Assembly (NCBI GenBank): GCA_038125665.1
Contig: JAYPEI010000002.1
Span: forward strand, 179,311-243,310
Length of the DNA: 64,000 bases
Reading direction: 5' to 3'
Source of the DNA: Enterobacteriaceae bacterium
Lineage (GTDB): Bacteria; Pseudomonadota; Gammaproteobacteria; Pseudomonadales; Pseudohongiellaceae
Part shown: in pieces, positions 47,199-56,580 of the stretch
Numbering within the stretch: the first letter of the stretch is position 1
Layout: every line of letters starts with the position of its first letter
Notes under the pieces: model-generated
The model's database searches: none
What the model saw: the letters and a program-made list of their open reading frames with translations, nothing else
Told to the model about the DNA's origin: nothing
Translations under genes and position numbers: made by a program

Positions 47199-48851
47199 AT
47201 GTCAAAAAAGGCCATAATTATTAATGGAGAAGGTCTAAAAATTTCTGCACTGATGGCCATTTCTAGGGCTAAAGCTGAAGTAAAAATTACTGAAGATCAA
47301 TCAGTTAGAGAAAAAGTTGAGGCTTCTAGTGATTTTATCCTTGATGCGGTATCTAAGAACCAACCAATTTATGGGGTTACGTCTGGGTTTGGCGCAATGG
47401 CCTACAAAGCTATCAGCAAAGACCAAGCCGTAGCACTACAAAATAATATTCCATGGTTTCATAAGGTTGGCACAGGTAATCGAATTGCTACAAGCGATGT
47501 GCGCGCTGCCATCGCTCTGCGTATTAATTCTCATTTACGCGGCGCCTCTGGGATACGTTTGTCTATGGTCGAGCGAATGGCTACTTTCCTGAATTTAGAT
47601 GCTGTACCCCATGTTTACGAGTTTTGCTCTATTGGTGCCAGCGGGGATTTGTCGCCACTGTCTTACATCACGGCTTGCTTAATCGGTTTAGATGATGGTT
47701 GGAAGTTGGATTACCAAGGTCAAACTATAGGTGCTCGAACATTTGTCGACAAAATAGGCTTGGGTAGAGAAGAGTTGGGTCCGAAAGAAGGTCTGGCCAT
47801 GGTGAATGGCACTTCAGTAATGACTGCGATTGCCGCTGGATGTCTTTTTGACATGCATAATTTATTGGGGTTGAGCTTTGGTGCTCATGCATTATTGTTC
47901 CAAGGTATGTCTGCAACCAACCAAAGTTTTCATCCCTTTATTCATGATCACAAACCGCTGAATGGACAAAAAGTTGCAGCGTCAGTGATGCTTAAATTAC
48001 TGAAAGGGTCAGCACTAATCGCCGATGAGTTGGATGGTCAGCATGAATTCCGTGGTGGCGATGAACCGATACAAGACCGCTATTCTTTGCGCTGTTTGCC
48101 TCAGTACATGGGGCCGATAGTCGATGGTATTCGTCAGATTACCGCACAAGTAGAGATTGAAATGAATTCCGCCACAGATAACCCTCTTGTTGATCAAGTT
48201 CGTGGGCACACATATCACGGGGGTAACTTCCTTGGGCAGTATATTGGCGTGGGAATGGATCAGCTACGCTATCATATGGCACTTCTCGCTAAACATCTTG
48301 ATATTCAAATCGCAATGGCAGCTACACCTGCATTTTCAAATGGATTACCAGCTATGCTAGTTGGCAACCCAGAACGATCATTCAACGGTGGGCTTCAGTC
48401 TCTGCAAATCTGTGGTAATTGCATCATGCCGCAATTGATGTTCTATGGTAATTCTCTCGTGTCACATTACCCAAGTCATGCAGAGGGATTTAATCAAAAC
48501 ATTAATTCTCAGGGTTATGGCTCTGCCAATCTCACCCGCCGAGCTGTCGAAATTTTTCAACATTACATAGCAATTTCTCTCCTATTTGGTGTGCAGTCTG
48601 CCGAGTTACGTACCAAGTTGGATTCAGGACACTTTGATGCCGGCAACACTTTATCGGTAGGCACTAAAGATCTCTACTACACTATTTACTCAATAATTGG
48701 TGCGCAGCAGAGTGCTGAGAAGGCATTAATTCATAACGATGATGAACAGCAAATTGACCAATACCTAGCGGCAATAGTAGATGATCTCCAAGGGGAGGGA
48801 AGATTAGCCAAAACTATGTCAGGCACTGTTGATGAGTTATTACACTTGTAG
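47199..48851 (+). CDS. aromatic amino acid ammonia-lyase (MIO-dependent, PAL/TAL-like rather than HAL-like)
   Basis: MIO-forming Ala-Ser-Gly in [16 protein letters not shown] (47637-47645). [11 protein letters not shown] and [19 protein letters not shown] closely match cyanobacterial PAL motifs as I recall them. ATG at 47199 follows GGAG. Confidence 0.85.
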   Translation: MSKKAIIINGEGLKISALMAISRAKAEVKITEDQSVREKVEASSDFILDAVSKNQPIYGVTSGFGAMAYKAISKDQAVALQNNIPWFHKVGTGNRIATSDVRAAIALRINSHLRGASGIRLSMVERMATFLNLDAVPHVYEFCSIGASGDLSPLSYITACLIGLDDGWKLDYQGQTIGARTFVDKIGLGREELGPKEGLAMVNGTSVMTAIAAGCLFDMHNLLGLSFGAHALLFQGMSATNQSFHPFIHDHKPLNGQKVAASVMLKLLKGSALIADELDGQHEFRGGDEPIQDRYSLRCLPQYMGPIVDGIRQITAQVEIEMNSATDNPLVDQVRGHTYHGGNFLGQYIGVGMDQLRYHMALLAKHLDIQIAMAATPAFSNGLPAMLVGNPERSFNGGLQSLQICGNCIMPQLMFYGNSLVSHYPSHAEGFNQNINSQGYGSANLTRRAVEIFQHYIAISLLFGVQSAELRTKLDSGHFDAGNTLSVGTKDLYYTIYSIIGAQQSAEKALIHNDDEQQIDQYLAAIVDDLQGEGRLAKTMSGTVDELLHL

Positions 48852-48870
48852 GAGAGCGTAATAGGGTAGA

Positions 48871-50589
48871 TTAATCTACTCGCAAGCTTTGTCCAGGGTG
48901 TATGAGGTTAGTGTTTAAACTATTGAGGCGTTTCAGTTGGTCAACACTTTTATTGAAACGTCTGGCAATCATATAAAGATTGTCACCCTTCTTAACTCGA
49001 TAAGTGATTACCTTCGCTACGTTACCTTCTAATGTGCGGGCAGCGGAGTGAATTGTGAGTTCTTGATTTGGGAAGATGGTAGACCCTTTAATGTCATTGT
49101 TTGCTTGAATACTCACGACAGAAACACCAAATTGCTGGGCAATCTTCCCTAGGGTATCTCCAGATTTTACTTTGTAGATTGTGGGGATTAAATCAATAAC
49201 ACCTTCCTCAACTTGTACGGGCTGGCGTAAGCTGACAGCAAGGAGGGGTTTATCTGGTGTTGACCCTGCCTGTTCAACAAGTTCAAATTCATCGGACAAG
49301 GGGATAGGGCGATTCACAGAATTGCCAAAAGCAACTGAGCGAAGTGTCTCGCTCAAAATTTCAATGCTTGTTAATTGGGCAGTGCCGGGTATCAATAATT
49401 CCTGATTGATACGAATTAAGCTGCCTTTGATATTGTTGGCTAGTTGCAGCTCTTTAACCGTAGTGTTATGGGAACGGGCGATAGCCCCAAGCGTGTCACC
49501 GCTTCTCACAATATATTTATCGTGCCCTTTCAGTTCGACAGGTTTTTGCTGTTCAAAATTACCCAAGAAGCGCTCAAAACTATTTCTTGGTATACGTAAT
49601 ACATAAGCTTGACCATCACCCGGTAATGTTGAGCGTAATAGAGCAGGGTTTAGCTGGCGGATGGTGGGTACGTCAGTACCAGCAAGACTGGCTGCATCCT
49701 CAATAGCCAACATTCCTATAATAGAGATTTCATCGTAAGCTAGTTCCTCTCCGAGGTAATCGACCTCAATACCGTATTGGGTTGGATTCGAGAGCAGCAA
49801 AGCATTAGCAATAAACTTGGGGACGAAGCCTCGTGTTTCTTGTGGAAGATGTGGATAGACATCCCAGTAGGTAGGGTTATCATTTAAATTGTAGCCAGCG
49901 CGTCTGATAGCGCGAGTGATGCAGCGATAACTGCAGTTATATCCTGCAAGAGCTAGGTGCCAACGGCCGTTGTAATCCTGATTTAGTTTTTTAAGGTGCT
50001 TAGCGGCAGCTCGAGTTGATAGTTCAGGATCTCGACGCTCGTCTACCCACTCATCAATGCGTAACCCCTCGCTACGACCAGTGGCTTTCATGAACTGCCA
50101 CATACCAACCGCCCCAGCTCGGCTGGTAATGGTGGGGTTTAGACCACTCTCACCGATTGCAAGATATTTTAGTTCATCAGGCACACCTTCTTCAGCAAAA
50201 ATTTTTTCAATCATTGGAAAGTAGATATGGCTTCGTTCCGCCCATATGCGCAGGACAGTACGATTATTTTGCAGCATATTGTTGATGGTTCGCTCAACAA
50301 GACGGTTAGGAGTCATTGGTATAGTGGTGCCTACTACTTCAACAGAGCCTTCATCAAGGCTATCGTTAACTTTAGGCTCCTTTGGTTCGGTCGAGATAGA
50401 TTTCTCACTTGCTTTAACAGCGTCTTTAACTAATGAAGAAATCACTGCTTCAGGAGACGACTTGAATTCTAGGCTCTTTTGCTCCGCAATGGTGTCTATG
50501 CTCTGAAACGTGGCGCAGGAAGACAACACAAAGGTGAGCGTAAGTGCGATGAGAAAGTGATTTTTTTTAACTAGAGAAAACAAAACCAT
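48871..50589 (-). CDS. mltD: membrane-bound lytic murein transglycosylase D-like lipoprotein with three LysM domains
   Basis: Lipobox LTFVLSS-C. SLT catalytic region ESGLNPTITSRAGAVGMWQFM. Three LysM repeats: YIVRSGDTLGAIA, YKVKSGDTLGKIA and YRVKKGDNLYMIA. The start is either ATG 50589 or TTG 50616. Confidence 0.85.
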   Translation of the reverse strand: MVLFSLVKKNHFLIALTLTFVLSSCATFQSIDTIAEQKSLEFKSSPEAVISSLVKDAVKASEKSISTEPKEPKVNDSLDEGSVEVVGTTIPMTPNRLVERTINNMLQNNRTVLRIWAERSHIYFPMIEKIFAEEGVPDELKYLAIGESGLNPTITSRAGAVGMWQFMKATGRSEGLRIDEWVDERRDPELSTRAAAKHLKKLNQDYNGRWHLALAGYNCSYRCITRAIRRAGYNLNDNPTYWDVYPHLPQETRGFVPKFIANALLLSNPTQYGIEVDYLGEELAYDEISIIGMLAIEDAASLAGTDVPTIRQLNPALLRSTLPGDGQAYVLRIPRNSFERFLGNFEQQKPVELKGHDKYIVRSGDTLGAIARSHNTTVKELQLANNIKGSLIRINQELLIPGTAQLTSIEILSETLRSVAFGNSVNRPIPLSDEFELVEQAGSTPDKPLLAVSLRQPVQVEEGVIDLIPTIYKVKSGDTLGKIAQQFGVSVVSIQANNDIKGSTIFPNQELTIHSAARTLEGNVAKVITYRVKKGDNLYMIARRFNKSVDQLKRLNSLNTNLIHPGQSLRVD

Positions 50590-50697
50590 GGATAACTTTG
50601 AGTGATGTTGGAGCAAGTATTATGCACATCTGTGCCAAAAAGTTAAGTATTTTTAATTTAAAAAAAACTTAACCTACTGAAAGAATTAAAAATTTCC

Positions 50698-50731
50698 AAA
50701 AAAAACGGCAGCCTTAAGGTCAGCTGCCGTT
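50698..50731 (-). terminator. rho-independent terminator downstream of the quinone oxidoreductase gene
   Basis: On the minus strand: perfect 9-bp stem aacggcagc / gctgccgtt with a 10-nt loop, followed by T8. Confidence 0.8.
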
Positions 50732-50854
50732 TAAAATTTGGTGGCCAAGCAGGGAATTCATATTGTCCCGTAGGGTCTTAGGAAAACCACGCCCAGCCAT
50801 TCACTTTGTCCTTTAAGCTGACAGTAAGTTCCCTAAAAAAATTAAAAAAATAAT

Positions 50855-51871
50855 TTAAAGGGAAATCACTACCTTACCAAAATGTTTTTGGCTGTGCAGA
50901 TATCCATAGGCAGCCACTGTCTCATCAAGAGAGAAACTCTTATCGATAAATGGTTCTAGCTTGTTGATAGTAATAGCTTTGTTCATATTTTCAAACATGC
51001 GACGGTTTCCAACAAAAATTCCGTGAAGACTACCAGCCTTCAGCATTAGGGTATGCGGGCTAGTATCACCTTCGCGAGTTAGTACGCCAATCAAACTTAC
51101 TTTTCCACCTTGCGCCAAAGCTCGCATTGAACGTGCTACTGTGCCGGCACCTCCCACTTCAACAACAACATCAGCTCCATGACCGGCAGTCAATCTCATC
51201 ACTTCTTGGTCCCACTCTGGGATGTCTTTGTAGTTGAGGGTCATATCAGCTCCAAGCTCTTTAGCTCGCTCGAGTTTCTCTGCGGAAGAAGAAGTAATAA
51301 TTACTTGCGCGCCAGCCGCTTTAGCAAGAAGCAATGCTTGCAGAGAAACGCCACCTGTACCCAACAAGAGAACAGTTTGGCCTGCTTGCAGGGGATGTCC
51401 TGCCTCCATTAGTGCATTCCATGCTGTCAATCCTGCACAGGGAAGAGTAGCTGCTTGGGCATCAGATAAATGTGCGGGAACAGCCACTGCATCATCAGCA
51501 TTGAAAACGACATATTCCGCTAGAACACCTGGGGTAGAGCCTGCGCCAAGTGCAGCATGAGCCGTGGGATTGGGGATTTCATTGATACATTGACGGAAGA
51601 AGGTACCTGCAACTCGGTCACCCAACTTAAATCTAGAGATGCCCTCGCCCAAGGCAACTACTTCACCAACTCCATCTGAAAGTGGCACTAAATCAACTGG
51701 TACTGGACCTCCTATATAGACCCCCATCGGGACTGCTAGATCCCGGTAATTAAGAGCTGCCGCTTTAATTTTGACCAGAATTTGACCAGGACCTGCCTCT
51801 GGCATTGGTAGATCGGTGCTTTGGAGACCCTCCAGTGAGGAGCTGCCTGCTTTAATGACAAATGCTTTCAT
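50855..51871 (-). CDS. NAD(P)H:quinone oxidoreductase / zinc-type alcohol dehydrogenase superfamily (MDR) protein
   Basis: 338 aa. ILVKIKAAALNYRDL, a Rossmann motif LLLGTGGVSLQALLLAKAAGA, and a C-terminal GKVVISL. Confidence 0.8.
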   Translation of the reverse strand: MKAFVIKAGSSSLEGLQSTDLPMPEAGPGQILVKIKAAALNYRDLAVPMGVYIGGPVPVDLVPLSDGVGEVVALGEGISRFKLGDRVAGTFFRQCINEIPNPTAHAALGAGSTPGVLAEYVVFNADDAVAVPAHLSDAQAATLPCAGLTAWNALMEAGHPLQAGQTVLLLGTGGVSLQALLLAKAAGAQVIITSSSAEKLERAKELGADMTLNYKDIPEWDQEVMRLTAGHGADVVVEVGGAGTVARSMRALAQGGKVSLIGVLTREGDTSPHTLMLKAGSLHGIFVGNRRMFENMNKAITINKLEPFIDKSFSLDETVAAYGYLHSQKHFGKVVISL

Positions 51872-52018
51872 TTGTAAACCTCAAGTTAAGACATATCAAT
51901 TATTGATGATGATGTTAGCACAGCATAAAGCCAGCCAGTGCAGTTCACTACTAGAGAAATTATAAATGATTAGCCATTCAATGATGACAGCATGCTCCAT
52001 CCAAGGCATCCACTGCTG

Positions 52019-52027
52019 TGGTATAAT
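52019..52027 (+). promoter_or_regulatory. candidate extended -10 element (TGgTATAAT) upstream of tsaD
   Basis: tgGTATAAT read directly, about 95 nt upstream of the tsaD ATG. No good -35 was seen. Confidence 0.35.
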
Positions 52028-52121
52028 TCGCAGATAAATGACGGGGGTGATATCCCAAGATTTCAAATTTCCTACCATTTGTTGACGTGGTGCGTAAGCA
52101 AAAACTTTTTATGAGCTCTTC

Positions 52122-53153
52122 ATGTTAGTTCTTGGAATTGAAAGCTCCTGCGATGAAACCGGATTAGCGCTTTACCATAGCGAAAAGGGATTAGTTGCGG
52201 AGGTTCTACACTCTCAAATAAGCCTACATCGACCCTATGGTGGTGTCGTGCCTGAATTAGCCTCACGCGACCACATACGCAGGACCGTGCCCCTAATACG
52301 TGAGCTATTTACCAATGCAAGTTGTACATTGAAAGATCTTGACGGGATTGCCTATACAGCTGGGCCTGGGCTCGCGGGTGCTCTGCTTGTAGGGGCTGCT
52401 CTAGCTCGCTCAATGGGCATGGCACTGGCAATTCCTACCGTGGGCATCCATCATATGGAGGGACATCTATTAGCTCCCATGCTGGCAGACCCAGCCCCAA
52501 GCTACCCTTTTCTTGCATTGTTAGTCTCAGGCGGTCATACGCAATTAGTTCAAGTTGATGGTTTGGGAGCCTATCGACTACTAGGCGAAAGTGTTGATGA
52601 TGCAGCAGGTGAAGCTTTTGATAAAGTGGCCAAGATGTTGAATCTTCCATATCCTGGCGGTCCAGAACTGGCTCGACTTGCTTTAAAGGGAAGACCTGGA
52701 CGATTTGAATTTACCCGTCCGATGCTGAACCGCCCCGGTCTAGACTTTAGCTTTAGTGGGTTAAAAACAGCTGTGTTAACAGCATTGCAAGATGTAGAAG
52801 CCGTTGGGGAAGTCACTGAACAAGATAAAGCTGACCTCGCCTATGAGTTTCAAAATACTGTTGTCGATACTCTAACAGTTAAGTGTCGGCGAGCCTTGCG
52901 CCAAAGTGGTCTAGATTCTCTCGTTGTGGCAGGTGGAGTAAGCGCCAACACAGCCTTACGCAAGTCTTTACATGAGATGGTAAAAGCAGAAAATGTACAT
53001 TTATACTTTCCCCCGCTGGCGTATTGCACCGATAATGGAGCTATGATTGCGTATGCTGGTTGCCAGCGATTGTTGGCTGGCGAAGCAGATGATTTAACAA
53101 TTAAAGCACAGCCACGCTGGAACTTATCTTCACTCTCTGTGCCAACTGAATAA
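52122..53153 (+). CDS. tsaD: tRNA N6-adenosine threonylcarbamoyltransferase TsaD
   Basis: [18 protein letters not shown]..., [10 protein letters not shown], and GGVSAN...[10 protein letters not shown] are all canonical Kae1/TsaD motifs. Confidence 0.97.
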   Translation: MLVLGIESSCDETGLALYHSEKGLVAEVLHSQISLHRPYGGVVPELASRDHIRRTVPLIRELFTNASCTLKDLDGIAYTAGPGLAGALLVGAALARSMGMALAIPTVGIHHMEGHLLAPMLADPAPSYPFLALLVSGGHTQLVQVDGLGAYRLLGESVDDAAGEAFDKVAKMLNLPYPGGPELARLALKGRPGRFEFTRPMLNRPGLDFSFSGLKTAVLTALQDVEAVGEVTEQDKADLAYEFQNTVVDTLTVKCRRALRQSGLDSLVVAGGVSANTALRKSLHEMVKAENVHLYFPPLAYCTDNGAMIAYAGCQRLLAGEADDLTIKAQPRWNLSSLSVPTE

Positions 53154-53173
53154 GATAAAACTGGAGTTGACCC

Positions 53174-53542
53174 TTGGATATCGTGTACATCCGCGGCCTA
53201 GAAGTAAAAACTGTGATTGGTGTTTATGACTGGGAACGCGAAATTAAACAGCCTATCTCAGTCGATTTGGATATGGCTGCAGACTTCACTAAAGCTGCAC
53301 AAACTGATGAGCACGAATTCGTTCTCGATTATAAAATTGTTTGTGTCCGTATCGCAGAATTGATCGAAAAAACAGATATTAAGTTGTTGGAAGCTATGGC
53401 TGAAATTATTGCTAAAGTGATACAAGATGAGTTTAAAGTTGCTTGGGTGAGAGTCAAAATTAGCAAGCCAGCAGCCATTACTGGAGCAAAAGATGTTGGA
53501 GTCATCATCGAAAGAGGCGGTCCCCGCCCATCGGCAGCGTGA
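53174..53542 (+). CDS. folB: dihydroneopterin aldolase FolB
   Basis: TTG start. MDIVYIRGLEVKTVIGVYDWEREIKQPISVDLDMA aligns with the E. coli FolB N-terminus. Confidence 0.9.
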   Translation: MDIVYIRGLEVKTVIGVYDWEREIKQPISVDLDMAADFTKAAQTDEHEFVLDYKIVCVRIAELIEKTDIKLLEAMAEIIAKVIQDEFKVAWVRVKISKPAAITGAKDVGVIIERGGPRPSAA

Positions 53543-54135
53543 CACTGGCAACTCTCGGAATAGGTTCGAATTATCAGGCAACAAAGCACATTGAGCTCTG
53601 CCTTGACGAACTTCTCCTGCGTTTTAACGATTTGACATTGTCGTCAGTATTTGCCAGTTCTGCCGTGGGCTTTGCCAATCATAAATCAACTGCCAGAAGT
53701 ACAAGTGATGGAATGGAATCTACACCAAATGAAGAGGATAGCAAGGTTGAAAAGTCAGTTAGTTCAGACTATCTGAATATGGTGGTCGCGCTTGAAACCA
53801 ATCTCTCAGCGGCGCAGCTTGTGGAACACCTTAAAGCCTTAGAATATAAGCTAGGACGGCGTCCTGAGCACAAAAGAGAGGGACGAGTGCCAATAGATAT
53901 CGATTTGCTTACTTTTGGCAAGGGGGGGGTTAAAGTATTCGGAAAGACGCTTCCTTCTGAGGAAATCCTTAAAGCCGCTTATGTGCTATGGCCATTATCT
54001 CAAGTCATCCCTCGACAAAGACACCCTCAGTCCGGCCTGAGTTACAGTCAGCATTGGAAAGAATTCAGTGACCCATCACAACAGATCCGACCAGTAGACT
54101 TCAATTGGCATGGACGACAGCTATCTTTGGCATGA
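53539..54135 (+). CDS. folK: 2-amino-4-hydroxy-6-hydroxymethyldihydropteridine pyrophosphokinase FolK, with an internal insertion
   Basis: GTG start overlapping the folB stop by 4 nt. LGIGSN, DYLNMVVALET, and GRVPIDIDLL correspond to E. coli GSN, DYLNAAVALET, and PRTLDLDI. There are ~25-30 extra residues after SSAVGF. Confidence 0.85.
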   Translation: MTLATLGIGSNYQATKHIELCLDELLLRFNDLTLSSVFASSAVGFANHKSTARSTSDGMESTPNEEDSKVEKSVSSDYLNMVVALETNLSAAQLVEHLKALEYKLGRRPEHKREGRVPIDIDLLTFGKGGVKVFGKTLPSEEILKAAYVLWPLSQVIPRQRHPQSGLSYSQHWKEFSDPSQQIRPVDFNWHGRQLSLA

Positions 54136-54295
54136 GTCTTGCGCCAGATCCAAATTGTATGTAGCTTCGTCACTTTATTTTTTCCTTCTCTTTTTTAATG
54201 GAGATAAGATATTTTGTGATTTGATAAATGTCACTAGGACCGCTCTGAAAAAGGAAAGATTCAAGGGGAGGAATAAATTCATTGGGCGTATTTCT

Positions 54296-54802
54296 ATGAA
54301 AAAACTACTCAATAACAGATGTTTAATAGTTTCATCATGGCTTGAGAAATTCATCAAACTAAGCCTGCTCTTCATCAGCTTAAGTTGTCTGCCTATTACA
54401 CATGCGCAGATCACCTTTAATGCTGCCAGAATAACAGCTGTTGATTCGTTGTCTGTTGCTGAATTTTATAAAGAAGCATTCGGTATGCATGAAGTCGAGC
54501 GTATCAATCTGCCCAATGGGGAGGTTGAGATAATGTTGAATTTTGGAGCAACACAGGCAGAAGCAATTGCGAATACCAATGCTGAAATTGTAGTAATGCC
54601 ACGTACAGTAAGTCAGCAACATGAAAATGTTGCGCATGTGATTTTTACCGTAACTAATATTCAAGATACTTTTCTAGCAGCAACTGCTGCCGGTGCTGGA
54701 GTAGTCCGAGAACCCTTTGAATTCGGAAATACCGGTATTTGGATAGCAATGATTGCAGATCCTGATGGTAATCAGATCGAGCTTTTACAATATGCGAAGT
54801 GA
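54296..54802 (+). CDS. secreted VOC (glyoxalase/bleomycin-resistance/dioxygenase) family protein
   Basis: A signal peptide from ATG 54296 (…LPITHA/QI) is followed by a single VOC module ending in IADPDGNQIELLQY. Confidence 0.7.
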   Translation: MKKLLNNRCLIVSSWLEKFIKLSLLFISLSCLPITHAQITFNAARITAVDSLSVAEFYKEAFGMHEVERINLPNGEVEIMLNFGATQAEAIANTNAEIVVMPRTVSQQHENVAHVIFTVTNIQDTFLAATAAGAGVVREPFEFGNTGIWIAMIADPDGNQIELLQYAK

Positions 54803-54859
54803 GTTGGATTTATCTCACTTAGACTAAACTATTTGAATTTTGATAAAAGGAAACGGCTT

Positions 54860-56551
54860 ATGCTTAATCAAAAGCTCCCGACTGTTGATCAGTTGCATTT
54901 ATCGGCACTTAGTCTGGTGGCCGTTGCGGCTGCTATGCTGACAGCCTGTCAACCCGAAGTCCAAGACTCTGCTTCTTCAACAGTTGTGCCACAATCGGCT
55001 AGCGATGCTTGTGCTGCTCTGGCAGGTATGATGATAGACAGCTCTCTGATTGGTTTGCCAAGCACAGGAGCGATAGTCAATAGTGCAGAGCTAGTGCGAG
55101 CTGAAGCAGATAATAATAGTAATGGTGAATTTTGTAAGATATTAGGCGCTATTTACCCGGTGGACTATACTGCCCCAGAGATTAATTTCGAAGTGAACCT
55201 TCCGTCACAGTGGAATGGCAAAACTTTGCAATTTGGTGGTGGTGGGCTTAATGGTGTATTGATTAATGGTCTTGGTCATTACGCTAAACAACCAAATTCA
55301 GAGATGACTCCCTTGGCACGTGGTTATGTTACCTTAGGTTCCGATTCTGGACACCAAGGTGAATTTGGTTGGGATCCCTCTTTTTACTTAAATGAAGAAT
55401 CATTACTTAATTACGGGCACCAGCAGATAAAGAAGACTCACGATGTCGCCATGAAGATAGTTCAAGAACGCTATGGCCAGGAATCATCTCGTAATTATTT
55501 TATCGGGGGCTCTCAAGGGGGGCATGAGGGTTTTGATGCCGCACAACGTTTCCCAAATGATTATGACGGCGTGGTTGCAGGCTACCCTGCTCATAACGTT
55601 GTTATGCTCCATCTATCAGCGTTGAACTATGCTCGTGCACTTGACCCAGATCACGGTGATGGTTGGATGAATCCAGCAGAAATTGGTTGGTATACGGATC
55701 AAGTTTATGCGCGTTGTGATGACCTCGATGGAGCTAAAGATGGCATTATCTCTAACAGGGTAGCTTGCCAAGGAGTTAACGCAGAGCTGAAATTGAAAAA
55801 TCAAGACAATCCTCTACGTTGTACTCTAGGTCTGAACACGGGCGATGATTGTTTGTCAGATGCTCAAATTGCGGCATTGAACACCATGGACACTCCTTAT
55901 CGCCTCAGCTTTAATGTGTTCAATGATGATGAAGGCGGGGCTGTGTTCCCCAAGTGGACACCATTTGAGGGTTCAACTTTTATGGATGGTGGAGCTTCCA
56001 ATTTAGGGGTCAACGGGCCTGAACAAGCATTGCAGCGAACCCCTGGTATTGCAACGCCTGGTTATGCGATTGCCCAGAATAAAGCGTTGGATGTGATCGA
56101 TGATTTTGATGCAGATGCCTATGCAGCAGCAATTATCAAACGTGCCTCTCAACTTAGTGCTAACAGTACCAATCTAGATGCATTCCGAAATAAAGGCGGT
56201 AAGTTGATTTTCTTCCACGGTAATATTGATGATTATATTCCTGTTTATAGCTCTATTGAATATTTCAACCGACTGCTTGGCCGTTACGGCAGTGACTTGA
56301 GTAATTTTGTGCGTTTTTACACTGTTCCTGGTATGGGACACGTAACTGGTGTATTCAATGCCCGTATTTCCATGCTTGATGCCCTGGAGGCTTGGGTTGA
56401 AGAAGGTCAGCCACCTAAGGAACTTATAGCTGTGGATGCTAATGAAGCTACTGCCGGACGTACTCGACCAGTGTGCGAATATCCACAATGGCCTCAATAC
56501 AATGGAAGTGGAGATATTAACTCTGCTACAAGTTTTACGTGCATTGAATAA
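54860..56551 (+). CDS. tannase / feruloyl esterase family alpha/beta hydrolase, lipoprotein
   Basis: Lipobox MLTA-C. Nucleophile motif GGSQGGHEG (family pattern G-x-S-x-G-G-x-x-G). Size is ~560 aa, with multiple conserved Cys and a C-terminal PGMGH. ATG at 54860 lies 8 nt after AAGGA. Confidence 0.75.
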   Translation: MLNQKLPTVDQLHLSALSLVAVAAAMLTACQPEVQDSASSTVVPQSASDACAALAGMMIDSSLIGLPSTGAIVNSAELVRAEADNNSNGEFCKILGAIYPVDYTAPEINFEVNLPSQWNGKTLQFGGGGLNGVLINGLGHYAKQPNSEMTPLARGYVTLGSDSGHQGEFGWDPSFYLNEESLLNYGHQQIKKTHDVAMKIVQERYGQESSRNYFIGGSQGGHEGFDAAQRFPNDYDGVVAGYPAHNVVMLHLSALNYARALDPDHGDGWMNPAEIGWYTDQVYARCDDLDGAKDGIISNRVACQGVNAELKLKNQDNPLRCTLGLNTGDDCLSDAQIAALNTMDTPYRLSFNVFNDDEGGAVFPKWTPFEGSTFMDGGASNLGVNGPEQALQRTPGIATPGYAIAQNKALDVIDDFDADAYAAAIIKRASQLSANSTNLDAFRNKGGKLIFFHGNIDDYIPVYSSIEYFNRLLGRYGSDLSNFVRFYTVPGMGHVTGVFNARISMLDALEAWVEEGQPPKELIAVDANEATAGRTRPVCEYPQWPQYNGSGDINSATSFTCIE

Positions 56552-56580
56552 TTGAAAAATTCTATCTCTTGGAGAGTGTC

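Noticed and set aside
50739-50756. Possibility that the tRNA-Ile2-like 3' end fragment is an att site pairing with the tRNA at 42401-42477
   Set aside because: It lies on the 5' side of the tRNA gene. The intervening segment contains essential rpoD, dnaG and rpsU, which is the wrong geometry for a tRNA-integrated island. Similarity is only ~15 of 18 nt, including the generic CCACCA.
54110-54295. N-terminal 62-aa extension of the VOC-protein ORF overlapping the folK 3' end; similar long ORF-track starts at 21679, 7444, 46332, 50616, 54833, 56569, 47181, 10137 and 35972
   Set aside because: Internal ATG codons give proper signal peptides, better RBS spacing or exact alignment with orthologs (for example DnaG residue 1). 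The extensions are probably untranslated.
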